From: an uncultured Acidimicrobiia bacterium
GTDB lineage: Bacteria > Actinomycetota > Acidimicrobiia > Spongiisociales > UBA5794
Reading direction: 5' to 3'
DNA length: 64,000 nucleotides
Assembly (NCBI GenBank): GCA_963714055.1
Contig: OY970227.1
Location: forward strand, 20,829-84,828
Made by a program: the position numbers and the translations under genes. Numbering within the stretch: the first letter of the stretch is position 1; every line of letters starts with the position of its first letter. Below, piece after piece: positions 22,400-31,560 of the stretch. A model generated the notes under the pieces. It did no database searches, was not told the origin of the DNA, and worked only from the letters and a program-made list of their open reading frames with translations.

Positions 22400-23894
22400 G
22401 ACGACGGCGGGACCGGGACAGGGGACGGAGAAGAAGCGGCGCTTCACCCTCCCGTCCGCCTACACCATCCTGTTCGCCCTCATCGTGCTCGCCGCCATCG
22501 CCACCTGGCTGGTGCCTGCGGGCACCTACGACCTGACCGAGGAAGGGGAGCCCATACCGGGCACCTACCACGAGGTCGAGTCGAACCCGCAGCGGATCGT
22601 CGTCGACTCGCTCACCGCCCCGATCAACGGCCTGTACGGCATCGAGGACGAGACCGGCAACATCAACTACTACAACAGCGGGACGCTGTTCGGCGCCATC
22701 GACGTCGCCCTCTTCATCATCGTGATCGGAGGCTTCCTCGGGGTGACCATGAAGACGGGGGCGATCCAGGCGGGCATCGGCCGCCTGGTGGCGCGGCTCC
22801 GGGGCCGGGAACGCCTGCTCATCCCGCTCCTGATGACGGTCTTCGCCATCGGCGGGACCACCTACGGGATGGCGGAGGAGAGCCTCGCCTTCTACGCCCT
22901 GGTGATCGCCGTGATGATCGCCGCCGGCTACGACGCGCTGACCGGGGCCGCCATCGTCCTGCTGGGGTGCGGGATCGGGACGCTCGGGTCGACCATCAAC
23001 CCGTTCGCCACCGGCATCGCCTCGGGTTTCGCCGGCATCTCCATCAGCGACGGGCTGATCGGCCGGTTGGTGATCCTGATCGCCGGCCTCGCCGTCGGCA
23101 TCTTCTTCGTCATGCGATACGCCGCCCGCGTCAAGAGAGACCCGGCGGAGTCGATGGTCGCCGACATGAGGGAGGCGAACGAGGAGCACTTCCGCGCCCA
23201 GGAGGAGGGCGACGGCACGGTGGTCCTGACCAGCACCCACAAGCTGATCCTGACGGTGTTCGGGCTGGCGTTCGTGGTGATGATGTACGCGGTGATCCCA
23301 TGGGCCGACCTCGGGCTGCCCTTCCCCACGCTGTGGTGGTGGTTCCCGGAGATGACGGCGTCGTTCCTGCTGTTCTCGGTCATCATCGGTCTGATCGGTC
23401 GGATGAACGAAGGGGAGCTGACATCGACCTTCGTCACCGGGGCCGGCGACCTGCTCGGGGTAGCCCTCATCATCGGGATCGCCCGGGGCATCACGGTGAT
23501 CATGAACAACGGCCAGATAACCGACACCGTGCTCAACTGGGCGGAGGTCGCTCTGGCGGACGTCGGTCAGGCCGCCTTCGCCATCGTGATGTACGCGCTG
23601 TTCCTCCCGCTGTCCTTCCTGATCCCTTCGTCGTCCGGCCTGGCGACGGTGGCGATGCCGATCATGGCCCCGCTGGCCGGATTCGTCGATGTGCCGGAGC
23701 GGTTGGTGGTGACCGCCTATCAGAGCGCTTCCGGGCTGATGAACCTGTTCATCCCGACTTCGGCGGTGGTGATGGGCGGTCTGGCCATCGCCCGGGTCCC
23801 GTACGGCCGCTACCTGCGATGGGTGTGGCCATTGCTCGCCATCCTCGCCGGGATCACCATCGTCGTCCTCGGGGTGGGCGCGCTGCTCGCTTGA
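22389..23894 (+). CDS. YfcC/DcuC-like (C4-dicarboxylate anaerobic carrier family) transporter; putative basic amino acid (arginine/ornithine) antiporter
   Basis: ATG 22389 after GGAGG (MTNETTAGPG...). About 12 TM segments and family-typical N-terminus RFTLPSAYTILFALIVLAAIATWLVPAGTYD. Overlaps the nhaC end by 11 nt. Confidence 0.8.
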   Translation: MTNETTAGPGQGTEKKRRFTLPSAYTILFALIVLAAIATWLVPAGTYDLTEEGEPIPGTYHEVESNPQRIVVDSLTAPINGLYGIEDETGNINYYNSGTLFGAIDVALFIIVIGGFLGVTMKTGAIQAGIGRLVARLRGRERLLIPLLMTVFAIGGTTYGMAEESLAFYALVIAVMIAAGYDALTGAAIVLLGCGIGTLGSTINPFATGIASGFAGISISDGLIGRLVILIAGLAVGIFFVMRYAARVKRDPAESMVADMREANEEHFRAQEEGDGTVVLTSTHKLILTVFGLAFVVMMYAVIPWADLGLPFPTLWWWFPEMTASFLLFSVIIGLIGRMNEGELTSTFVTGAGDLLGVALIIGIARGITVIMNNGQITDTVLNWAEVALADVGQAAFAIVMYALFLPLSFLIPSSSGLATVAMPIMAPLAGFVDVPERLVVTAYQSASGLMNLFIPTSAVVMGGLAIARVPYGRYLRWVWPLLAILAGITIVVLGVGALLA

Positions 23895-23904
23895 AGAGGG
23901 TGTG

Positions 23905-24039
23905 ATGTCCGAAGTGGAGACGCGGGCGAAGGTCGAGGAGCTGATGCCGCAAGTCCTCGCCGACCTGGTGCGGCTCGATCAACTGCGGAGACACCGATCG
24001 ATAGGCTCGATGCACACAAACGTAGGGAGCAGACCATGA
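23905..24039 (+). pseudogene. 44-codon ORF that looks like the 5' relic of an M20-family dipeptidase gene
   Basis: ATG 23905 after AAGAGGG. MSEVETRAKVEELMPQVLADLVRL resembles the N-terminus of actinobacterial M20 peptidases (recalled pattern ..ELMP....DL..LV..). After about residue 25 the sequence becomes unrelated and ends in an ATGA overlap with the next ORF. Confidence 0.3.
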
Positions 24040-24377
24040 CAGGCGCACCTGAACCCGAGACTCCGGCACCGCGCAATCAGCAGTGGTGGCTGGTTGCGCT
24101 GGTAGCCGTCGTCGCAGCTGTTGTCACCACCCTCATCCTGACCGGCGGCGACGATGCGGAACCCTCCGGGACCGAGGCGCCCGACGGGACTGAGGCACCC
24201 GACGGGACTGAGGCACCTGACGGGACTGAGGCACCTGACGGAACCGAGGCACCTGACGCAAGCGAGGCGCCTGACGCAACCGAAGCGTCGGCGGCGAGCA
24301 TCAGCACTGCAGTGCAGAGGCCGCACGGATGGGTGGCCAATGGGCGGGACTCACCGGATCGGTTGCACGAGGCATGA
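24036..24377 (+). CDS. Hypothetical single-pass membrane protein with (G-T-E-A-P-D)n repeat
   Basis: 113-aa ORF with GGGAG 7 nt upstream, TM helix WWLVALVAVVAAVVTTLILT, then 6-7 hexapeptide repeats encoded by the 18-bp tandem repeat. Confidence 0.5.
   Translation: MTGAPEPETPAPRNQQWWLVALVAVVAAVVTTLILTGGDDAEPSGTEAPDGTEAPDGTEAPDGTEAPDGTEAPDASEAPDATEASAASISTAVQRPHGWVANGRDSPDRLHEA
24168..24293 (+). repeat. 18-bp tandem repeat, 6 good units plus 1 degenerate unit
   Basis: GGGACCGAGGCGCCCGAC / GGGACTGAGGCACCCGAC / GGGACTGAGGCACCTGAC x2 / GGAACCGAGGCACCTGAC / GCAAGCGAGGCGCCTGAC / GCAACCGAAGCGTCGGCG. Units start at 24168, 24186, 24204, 24222, 24240, 24258 and 24276. Confidence 0.95.
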
Positions 24378-24557
24378 AGACTCGTCGCACCTGACTGCAG
24401 AGATGTCAGGCCGCCTTCGCCATCGGGTGCGCTGGCGGCCTGAGCCGGGCGCGGCGTAAGGTCCTCCCGTGGAGAACGGCCTGAAGGCACGGAGCCAGCA
24501 CTCCTTCCCCGTTCCGCTGTCGACGGAGGATCTCCGGCGACATCACGGCCGCGTCCC

Positions 24558-25850
24558 GTGACCGACACCCCGACTCCAGGCGCCAGGCTGTCGGTTCGCC
24601 AGGCGGCGTTCATCGGGGTCGGCTCGATGGTGGGCGCCGGCATTTTCGCCCTGCTCGGGGCGGCCGGAGAGGTCGCCGGAGCCGCGGTGTGGTTGTCGTT
24701 CCTCCTGGCCGGCGTGGTAGCCGGGCTCCAGGGCTACTCCTTCGCCAAGTTCGGAGCCCGGTACCCCTCCGCCGGGGGCCTGCTCGAATACGTGGCAAGG
24801 GGCTACGGCCAGGGCCATGTCACCGGGATCCTCGCCTGGTTGATCTACGCGGCCAACGCGATAGTCACTGCGATGGTGGCGGTCTCCTTCGGGAGCTACG
24901 CCAGCTCGATGTTCGCCGATGGCGGCGAGGCCTGGATCAAGGTGTTCGCCGTCCTCGTGCTGGTGGTGATGACCTTCCTCAACGTCGCCGGCTCGCAGGC
25001 GGTGGCCCGAGCGCAGACCGTCGTCGTCTACGTGGTCCTCAGCATCCTCGTCGTCTTCGCGGTGACCACGCTGGCCAACCTCGAGCCCAGCCTGCTCGCC
25101 ACCTCCGGTTACCCGCCGTTCCGTGACATCGTGTCCAGCGTCGCTCTCACCTTCTTCGCCTTTCTCGGCTTCGGGGTGATCACCTTCACCGCCAAGGACC
25201 TCGCCGACCCGGCGCGGCAGCTGCCCCGGGCCGTCTATCTGGCGCTGGGCATCGCCACGGTGATCTACATCGCGGTGGCCCTGGGCGTCTTCGGCACGTT
25301 GAGCGTCGAGGAGGTCATCGCATCGGGAGGCACCGCCCTGGCGGTCGCCGCCGAGCCGGTCCTCGGTGAGGCCGGGTACTGGCTGATGAGCGTCACCGCG
25401 TTGTTCGCCACCGCCGGTGCCACCAACGCCGGTCTGTTCCCCGCCACCGGGCTCGCCGACGAGATGGCGGCCACCGGTCAGTTTCCCCCGGTCATGGCGA
25501 CACGGTGGCAAGGGCGCATCCCTGCCGGGCTGCTGGTCACGGGGGGTGTCGCCCTCGTATTGGCGATCGGCTTCGATCTGACCGCCATCGCCTCGATCGG
25601 CAGCGCCATCGCCCTGCTGGTGTTCACCCTGATATCCGTCGGGCACCTGCGGGTGCGATCCGAGACCGGCGCCAACGTGATCCTCTTGACCCTGGGTGCG
25701 CTCACCGCCGGGGTGGTGCTGGTCACCTTTGCCTTCACCACGCTTCCCGAGGAGCCGGGTACCGCGGTGGCGCTCGTTGTCATCCTGCTCCTCGCCGTGG
25801 TGCTCGACCTGACCTGGAAAGGCGCCCGCGACCGGGCGGCAACCACGTAG
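24558..25850 (+). CDS. APC-family amino acid permease
   Basis: 430-aa ORF (GTG start) with FIGVGSMVGAGIFALLG and 12 TM-like segments. Confidence 0.9.
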   Translation: MTDTPTPGARLSVRQAAFIGVGSMVGAGIFALLGAAGEVAGAAVWLSFLLAGVVAGLQGYSFAKFGARYPSAGGLLEYVARGYGQGHVTGILAWLIYAANAIVTAMVAVSFGSYASSMFADGGEAWIKVFAVLVLVVMTFLNVAGSQAVARAQTVVVYVVLSILVVFAVTTLANLEPSLLATSGYPPFRDIVSSVALTFFAFLGFGVITFTAKDLADPARQLPRAVYLALGIATVIYIAVALGVFGTLSVEEVIASGGTALAVAAEPVLGEAGYWLMSVTALFATAGATNAGLFPATGLADEMAATGQFPPVMATRWQGRIPAGLLVTGGVALVLAIGFDLTAIASIGSAIALLVFTLISVGHLRVRSETGANVILLTLGALTAGVVLVTFAFTTLPEEPGTAVALVVILLLAVVLDLTWKGARDRAATT

Positions 25851-25859
25851 GTGCGAGCA

Positions 25860-25878
25860 CGCCCGTAGATGCCGGGCG
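25860..25878. terminator. Small hairpin between convergent genes (possible bidirectional terminator)
   Basis: CGCCCG-tagatgc-CGGGCG: a 6-bp GC stem with a 7-nt loop, with no U-tract. It lies between the APC permease stop (25850) and the CPBP stop (25882). Confidence 0.3.
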
Positions 25879-25881
25879 ACG

Positions 25882-26559
25882 TCAGGCGAGGGCGACGAAG
25901 AGCACCCCGAAGCCGTTGACCGCCCAGTGGAGGAGGATCGGGGCCAGCAGGCTCCCACTGCGCACCCGGAGCTCGCAGAGCAGAATCCCGGCGAGCCCGG
26001 TGAACACGATGGTCACCGCAACCAGCAGCGCATCCCCGCTGCCGCCGCCGATGGTGTCGGTGACGACGTCGTTGGCGTCACTGCCTCCCAGCGCGGGTAG
26101 CACATGCCACAGGGCGAAGAGCGCCGACGACACCAGGGTGGCGAACCCCTGACCGCGGACCCGTCGCAGCAGGCTCCACAGCACGCCGCGGAAGGCGAAC
26201 TCCTCGCCGAGCACCGTTCCCAGCGGGATCACGATGAGGCTCTGCAACAGCACGTCGCCCCACGACCCGTCCTCGGCCGGAGTGACGGCATCGCGGACGG
26301 CCGGGATGGCCAGCGCCACCAGATACCCGGCGGCGACTACCCCAGCTGCGGCCGCCCCCCAGCGCAGCCCGCGCCCCCAGGTGCGACGCGCCAGGCCCAG
26401 GTCGTCGACGGTGAGACCGGCCATCTTCGCGATGGCGGCGAGGACGCCGACCAGCGCCAACACCACCACCGGTCCCCAGCCAGGTGCGACCTGGTTGGCG
26501 GCGACGTTGGCGACGACGAGGGCGAGCAGCGTGAACCCGATGGCGGCACGGACCGGCAC
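25882..26559 (-). CDS. CPBP-family intramembrane glutamic endopeptidase (CAAX protease-like)
   Basis: 225-aa ORF with motif 1 GEEFAFRGVL, motif 2 ALFALWH and a C-terminal LLHWAVN motif. Confidence 0.85.
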   Translation of the reverse strand: MPVRAAIGFTLLALVVANVAANQVAPGWGPVVVLALVGVLAAIAKMAGLTVDDLGLARRTWGRGLRWGAAAAGVVAAGYLVALAIPAVRDAVTPAEDGSWGDVLLQSLIVIPLGTVLGEEFAFRGVLWSLLRRVRGQGFATLVSSALFALWHVLPALGGSDANDVVTDTIGGGSGDALLVAVTIVFTGLAGILLCELRVRSGSLLAPILLHWAVNGFGVLFVALA

Positions 26560-26606
26560 CGCCCCATCTTGCCCGCAGATCGACCACGGGGGCGGCCACG
26601 CGATCG

Positions 26607-26653
26607 AACTTTGAGCGAGTGACGCCCTGTGGTGTAGTCAATCGCTCAAAGTT
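26607..26653. repeat. Third copy of the 47-nt palindromic element, inverted relative to copies 1 and 2
   Basis: AACTTTGAGCGAGTGACGCCCTGTGGTGTAGTCAATCGCTCAAAGTT has the same 12-nt arms and the same length. The loop is the reverse complement of the 11.9-kb loop with 3 mismatches. It lies between the MFS stop (26670) and the CPBP start (26559). Confidence 0.9.
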
Positions 26654-26669
26654 GTACCTGAGGAGGCTG

Positions 26670-28287
26670 TCACGCCCAGTCGAGCCCTTCGGTGGGCGAC
26701 GCCGGTTCAATGTCAGGGAGGCGGACCATGCGGAACGAGTTGAATATGCCGAGCAGCCCGGCCAGGAGGGGGATGAGCAATGCGACCTGCAACGCCCGAT
26801 CGCGCGCCTCCCGGTTGATGGCGAGGATCTCGTCCTGGACCGCCGGAGGCTCCTCGGTCAGTAGCGCCTGCAGCTGGGTGTCGCTGACCACGTTGGCGTC
26901 CTCCTCCAGCGCCGCCGCGATCTGCTCCTGCTGGTCCTGGGGGATCACCGCGCTCGACTCGGTGAGGTTGGTGAACGAGAACGCCAGGGTGGCCAGCATG
27001 ATCCCGCCCGCCATCGCCAGTCCGAACGACAACCCGAAGGATCCTCCCGCCGAGTTCACGCCCGCCGCCTCGCTGACCCGCTCCTCGGTGATCGGGGCGA
27101 GCGTGAAGTTGTTGAGCTGCGACACCAGCAGACCCGAGCCCGGAGCCGACGATGAGCAGGGGGACGAAGAGGTACCACCCGGACTCTGCTCGGGGCACGA
27201 TCGGGATGATCACAGCAGTCCCGATCGCGCTGAGGAAGAACCCGACCCGGATGATGCCGGCCGGCCGTCTCGAACCGGCCCGCTTCCCGGCCAGCATCGC
27301 CACGGCGAACATGCTGAGCGACAGCGGCGCCAGCGAGAGGCCGGCGAGCATGGCGTTGTACTCGAGGGTGATCTGGAGGAAGATCGGCAAGGCGATCATC
27401 AACCCGCCCAATGTGATCTGTTGCATCATCTGCTGGGACACGCCGAGGCGGAAGTGGGGCAGCCTGAACAGGTCCGGGTCGAGCAGGGCCGGCTGGCCGC
27501 GTTGCTTGCGCCGGACCAGCCACCTGGCCAGACCACCCAGGGCGGCGGCGCCGACCAGCATGATGCCGAGAACGGATTCGGCGCCCTCCTGCCAGGCGAG
27601 GATGCCGAGGACGATCCCCCCCATGCCGACCACCGACAGCAGGGCGCCGACCAGGTCGATCTGTCGCGGCCCCGTGTAGGCGACGTCCCGTACCCTGCCG
27701 ATCTGGGCGAGCACCACGGCGATCACAATGACCTCGAGCGCGAAACCGACCCTCCACGAGAGGTAGGTGGTCACGGCCCCACCGAGCAACGGTCCCACCG
27801 CCGCCGCGATCGCTGCCGATGCTCCCACCAGCGCGTAAGCCCGACGCTGGGCGGCGCCTTCGAAGTTGCCGTGGATGAGCGACTGCATCGCAGGTAGCAA
27901 CAGGGAGGCGCCGAGCCCGCCGATGATGGCCCAGAAGATCACGATGGTCATCAGGTTCTGGGCCACGGTCATCGCCAGCGCCCCGATGGCGTATGCGAGG
28001 AGGCCGAGCACGTAGGCCCGCTTCCGGCCGATGAGATCGCCCACCTTGCTGCTGATCAGGATGAAAGCCGCCGAGACCAGGGCTTCGAGGGCGATCGCCG
28101 ACTGGACACCGCTCACGGTCGTGTCCAGGTCGGTGACCACCGCCGAGATCGACACGTTCATCAGCGAGGTGTCGACGACGAGCACGAACATGGCCATGGC
28201 GAGGAGCACCGCCAGACGCTGGTCACCGGACTTGGCTGACCCCTCGGCGACGGCGCCGGCGTCCTCGTTCATCTCGTCTCCCATCAT
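26670..28287 (-). pseudogene. DHA2 (EmrB/QacA-like, 14-TM) MFS transporter, one frameshift as assembled
   Basis: The N-terminal approximately 370 aa (from the ATG 28272-28287 candidates; LAMAMFVLVVDTSLMNVSISAV...) are in the frame of ORF 26713..28362. The C-terminal 151 aa (LLVSQLNNFTLAPI...) are in the frame of ORF 26670..27125. The junction is at about 27128-27133 (GSGLG|LLVSQ). Confidence 0.85.
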
Positions 28288-28384
28288 CGAATCGCCCGGT
28301 CTGCCGGCGCCGGCACCGTTGCTGTGCACGGAGACGGGCCGTTGATCCCGGTCAACGTACACGAGGCAAGCCGAGATTGGTCGC

Positions 28385-29140
28385 TCATTGGCCGGCCGCG
28401 CCGACCTTCGTCCTTCCGCTGTCGGCTCCGGCGTCGAGCGCGACGAGCTCGAAGGTCATGATCACGATGGGGAGGGCGGACAGCGGGAGGAGGATGACCG
28501 CGGGGATGGCGTGCACGAGGGCGTCGAGCGCCACATTGCCCGTGTGGGTGACGGTGGCGACGATCGCAATGACGATCTCGGGAATCACGAAGGCGGTGAC
28601 GGCGACGAGCGCCACCCGCCACGAGTGCCCTCGCACCAGGTGGTAGCTGCGGGCGAAGGTGGCCGGGACCGGGCGGCGCTCGAGGTTGACCAGGGGCAGC
28701 ACGACGGCGAACCAGGTCATCGCGACGAGGCCGGGCACGACGAAGGCGGCGAGACCGGCGAGGATCAGGGTGGTGAGCACGAGGTCGGCCACGACCAGTC
28801 GAGCCCAGGGGAGACCGCGCACCACCTCGCCGAGGCTCGGCCTCCGGTGACCGCGGCGGTCGGCGGCGACCACCCGCTCGAGCAGACCAGCCAGGAAGTG
28901 GTGGGAGAGCGAACCGTAGATGAGGACGATCAGGACACCCCCCGAGATCACCACGCTCCCTTCGACGAAGTCCTCGAGGCTCGGCGTGACGTGCAGGGCG
29001 ACCTCGGCGACCACGATCGGGATCTCGATTGCGGCGGCGAGGATCGTCAGCGGGCGAAGGTCGCGACGCCAGATGGAGATGGTTTCCGACAAGACGCTCG
29101 CCAGCGACAGCGTTCGCACGCCGGGATCGTAGGAACGCAC
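28385..29140 (-). CDS. Hypothetical polytopic membrane protein
   Basis: ORF 28385..29248 with 5-6 hydrophobic helices. The start is uncertain: GTG 29140 is chosen to avoid the divergent neighbour, and 29119 and 29248 are alternatives. No family recognised with confidence. Confidence 0.5.
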   Translation of the reverse strand: MRSYDPGVRTLSLASVLSETISIWRRDLRPLTILAAAIEIPIVVAEVALHVTPSLEDFVEGSVVISGGVLIVLIYGSLSHHFLAGLLERVVAADRRGHRRPSLGEVVRGLPWARLVVADLVLTTLILAGLAAFVVPGLVAMTWFAVVLPLVNLERRPVPATFARSYHLVRGHSWRVALVAVTAFVIPEIVIAIVATVTHTGNVALDALVHAIPAVILLPLSALPIVIMTFELVALDAGADSGRTKVGAAGQ

Positions 29141-29208
29141 ATCACCGTGGGACGACGCCGAACGGACCGAGGTCCGACCCGGGCCGGCGATGGCGACCGC
29201 CAGGGAGA

Positions 29209-30395
29209 ATGGTGAACGTGAGCGGCCAGTCCCGATTTCCGGCCCCACTGACGTGGAGCGCGGTCACGGCGCGGCGGATGGCGCGCCATGCGTTGACCGA
29301 ACCGGCTTCCGACCTGGGGCCTGCCGACATCGCCGGCGTGATGTGCGGAGCGCATGCACAGGTCATGAGCGCCGCCGAGTTCTCCATCGGTCGGCGAGTC
29401 GCCGGGGCGACCCGCTCCGACGTGCAGCGTGCCCTCTGGGACGATCGCACCCTGGTGAAGACCCTCGGCCCGCGGGGCACCGTCCACCTGCTGTCCACCG
29501 CCGACCTGCCGATGTGGACCGGGGCGCTGTCGACCCTTCCCATGTCGACACCTCGGCATCCCGACCCGGTCCGCTTCACCCCCGAGCAGGCCGACGAGGT
29601 CATCGCCGCCATCGGCGACGCCCTCATGGAGGATGCGTTGACCGTCGACGAGCTGACCGAGGCGATCGCGGAACGAACCGGCCGGTGGGCAGTCGAGCGA
29701 ACCATGGACGCCTTCCAGGACAAGTGGCCGCGCTGGCGCCAGCTGACCGGCGTTGCGGCGCATCGCGGAGTCCTCTGCTTCGGACCGAACCGGGATCGCC
29801 ACGTCACCTACACCAACCCGCATCGCTGGCTGCCCGGCTTCCAGCCCGCCGAAGGTGACGCCGCCCTCCGCACGCTCCTTGCCCGGTACCTCTACGCCTA
29901 TGGCCCGGCCACGCCCCGGCACTTCGCCCAGTGGCTCAACGTCCCGCCCCGTGACGCCGCTGACCTGTTCGACGATGCGGCAGACGACCTGGAGCAGGTC
30001 GAGCTCGAAGGGGCCGCGGGTTGGGTGGTGGACGGGGACGGCGAGATGCCGGCGGAGCCGCACCGGGGCATCCGGCTGCTGCCCTACTTCGACGCCTTCG
30101 TGGTGGCGGGCCGGCCTCGGGAGTCTCCTCTACCCGGGCGCCGCCGCCGGGCGAGCCCTCAGCCCCTCGGGCCAGGCCGGCAACTATCCCGGTGGTGCTG
30201 GTCGACGGGGTGGTCGGCGGGGTATGGCACCAGCGGCGCTCTGGCCGAAGGCTGGCCGTCACCGTCGAGCCGCTCCGGGACCTGACCGCGGCGCAGCGGC
30301 GTCAACTCGACGAGGAGGTGGAGCTGCTCGGTGCGGTCATGGAGGCGGTGCCGGCGCTCACCGTCGGCACCGTCGCCGTCGGCCCCCACGCCTGA
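29209..30395 (+). pseudogene. Winged-helix DNA glycosylase-like protein (AlkZ/YcaQ, DUF1006 family), two frameshifts as assembled
   Basis: MVNVSGQSRFPAPLTWSAVTARRMARHALTEPA...RGTVHLL...LLPYFDAFVVAGRPRE is in frame 1, LLYPGAAAGRALSPSGQAGNYP in frame 2, and VVLVDGVVGGVWHQRRSGRRLAVTVEPL...GPHA in frame 3. The junctions are at about 30118-30124 and 30188-30192. Confidence 0.75.
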
Positions 30396-30489
30396 GCGGT
30401 GATCGGACCAGCTCGGGCTTGGGCCGTCGGCCCGTGCACGAACTGGCATCGTTGTCGGAGACCGATGATCCCGAGCCGGAAGCGAACCG

Positions 30490-31455
30490 ATGAGAGCAGT
30501 CGTCCACACCAGGTACGGGGACCCCGATGTCCTGCACCTCGCCGAGGTCGAGCGACCGAGCCCGAAGGACGACGAGGTGCTGGTTCGGGTGCGGGCCACC
30601 ACGGTGAACCGGACCGACTGCGGCTTTCGCCATCCCCGGCCCTTCTTCGTCCGGTTCTTCAGCGGCCTGGTGCGCCCGAAGTACCGCATCCTCGGCTCCG
30701 AGTTCGCCGGGGAGGTCGTCGAGGTCGGCGCCGCCGTTACCGAGCTTTCGGTCGGTGACGAGGTGTTCGGGGTCAACGCCGACCGGTTCGGTGCCCACGC
30801 CGAGTTCATCCGGGTGCGCCAGGACGCCCCGATCGCCGCCAAGCCGGACAACGTCACCTTCGAGGAGGCGGCGGCGGTGTCCGACGGCATGATCCTGGCG
30901 CTGACCGGCCTGCGTGCCGCCGGGGTGGACGAGAGCCGGCGGATCGTCGTCTACGGGGCCTCGGGATCGATCGGCACCGCCGCGGTGCAACTCGCCAAGC
31001 ATCTCCTCGGCGCCGACGTCACCGCGGTGTGCGCCACCGCCGCCGTCGACACGGTGCGTTCGCTCGGTGCCGACCGGGTGATCGACTACACGCAGGAGGA
31101 CTTCACGGCGAGCGGCGAGATCTACGACGTGATCCTCGACGCCGTCGGCAAGCACTCGTTCCGCCGCTGCCGGGCATCGCTGAAGCCGGGTGGGGTGTAT
31201 GCATCGACCGACCTCGGTTTCCTGTGGCAGGTCCCGATCCTGTCGCTGGCGACTCGGTGGGTCGGCAGCAAGCGGGTGATGCTGCCGATACCCCGCTACC
31301 GCAAACAGGAGGTGCTCCTGCTCAAGGAGCTGCTCGAGGACGGCAGGTACCGGGCCGTCATCGACCGGAGCTACCCGCTGGAGCAGGTGGTGGCGGCAAC
31401 CCGGTATGTCGAGACCGAGCAGAAGATCGGCAACGTGGTCCTCACCGTCGCCTGA
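30490..31455 (+). CDS. NAD(P)-dependent MDR-family oxidoreductase (quinone oxidoreductase/alcohol dehydrogenase-like)
   Basis: 321-aa ORF with MRAVVHTRYGDPDVLHLAEV and nucleotide motif VVYGASGSIGTAAVQLAK. Confidence 0.9.
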   Translation: MRAVVHTRYGDPDVLHLAEVERPSPKDDEVLVRVRATTVNRTDCGFRHPRPFFVRFFSGLVRPKYRILGSEFAGEVVEVGAAVTELSVGDEVFGVNADRFGAHAEFIRVRQDAPIAAKPDNVTFEEAAAVSDGMILALTGLRAAGVDESRRIVVYGASGSIGTAAVQLAKHLLGADVTAVCATAAVDTVRSLGADRVIDYTQEDFTASGEIYDVILDAVGKHSFRRCRASLKPGGVYASTDLGFLWQVPILSLATRWVGSKRVMLPIPRYRKQEVLLLKELLEDGRYRAVIDRSYPLEQVVAATRYVETEQKIGNVVLTVA

Positions 31456-31560
31456 CCCGGAGTTCGCCACCGGCACCTTCCATGTCAGAGGTCAACGCCG
31501 AGCGGAGGGACCGATGCCGATCAGAGCCGGGCTACGGCTGGGCCGTGCGCCGCTGGTGGC

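Noticed and set aside
24378-24557. 180-nt leader before the APC amino acid permease, as a possible riboswitch
   Set aside because: It contains two short hairpins (CCTGAC/GTCAGG and GGCCGCC/GGCGGCC). I could not match it to the conserved cores of glycine, lysine, guanidine or other riboswitch classes I know. Without a covariance-model search the claim is unsupported.
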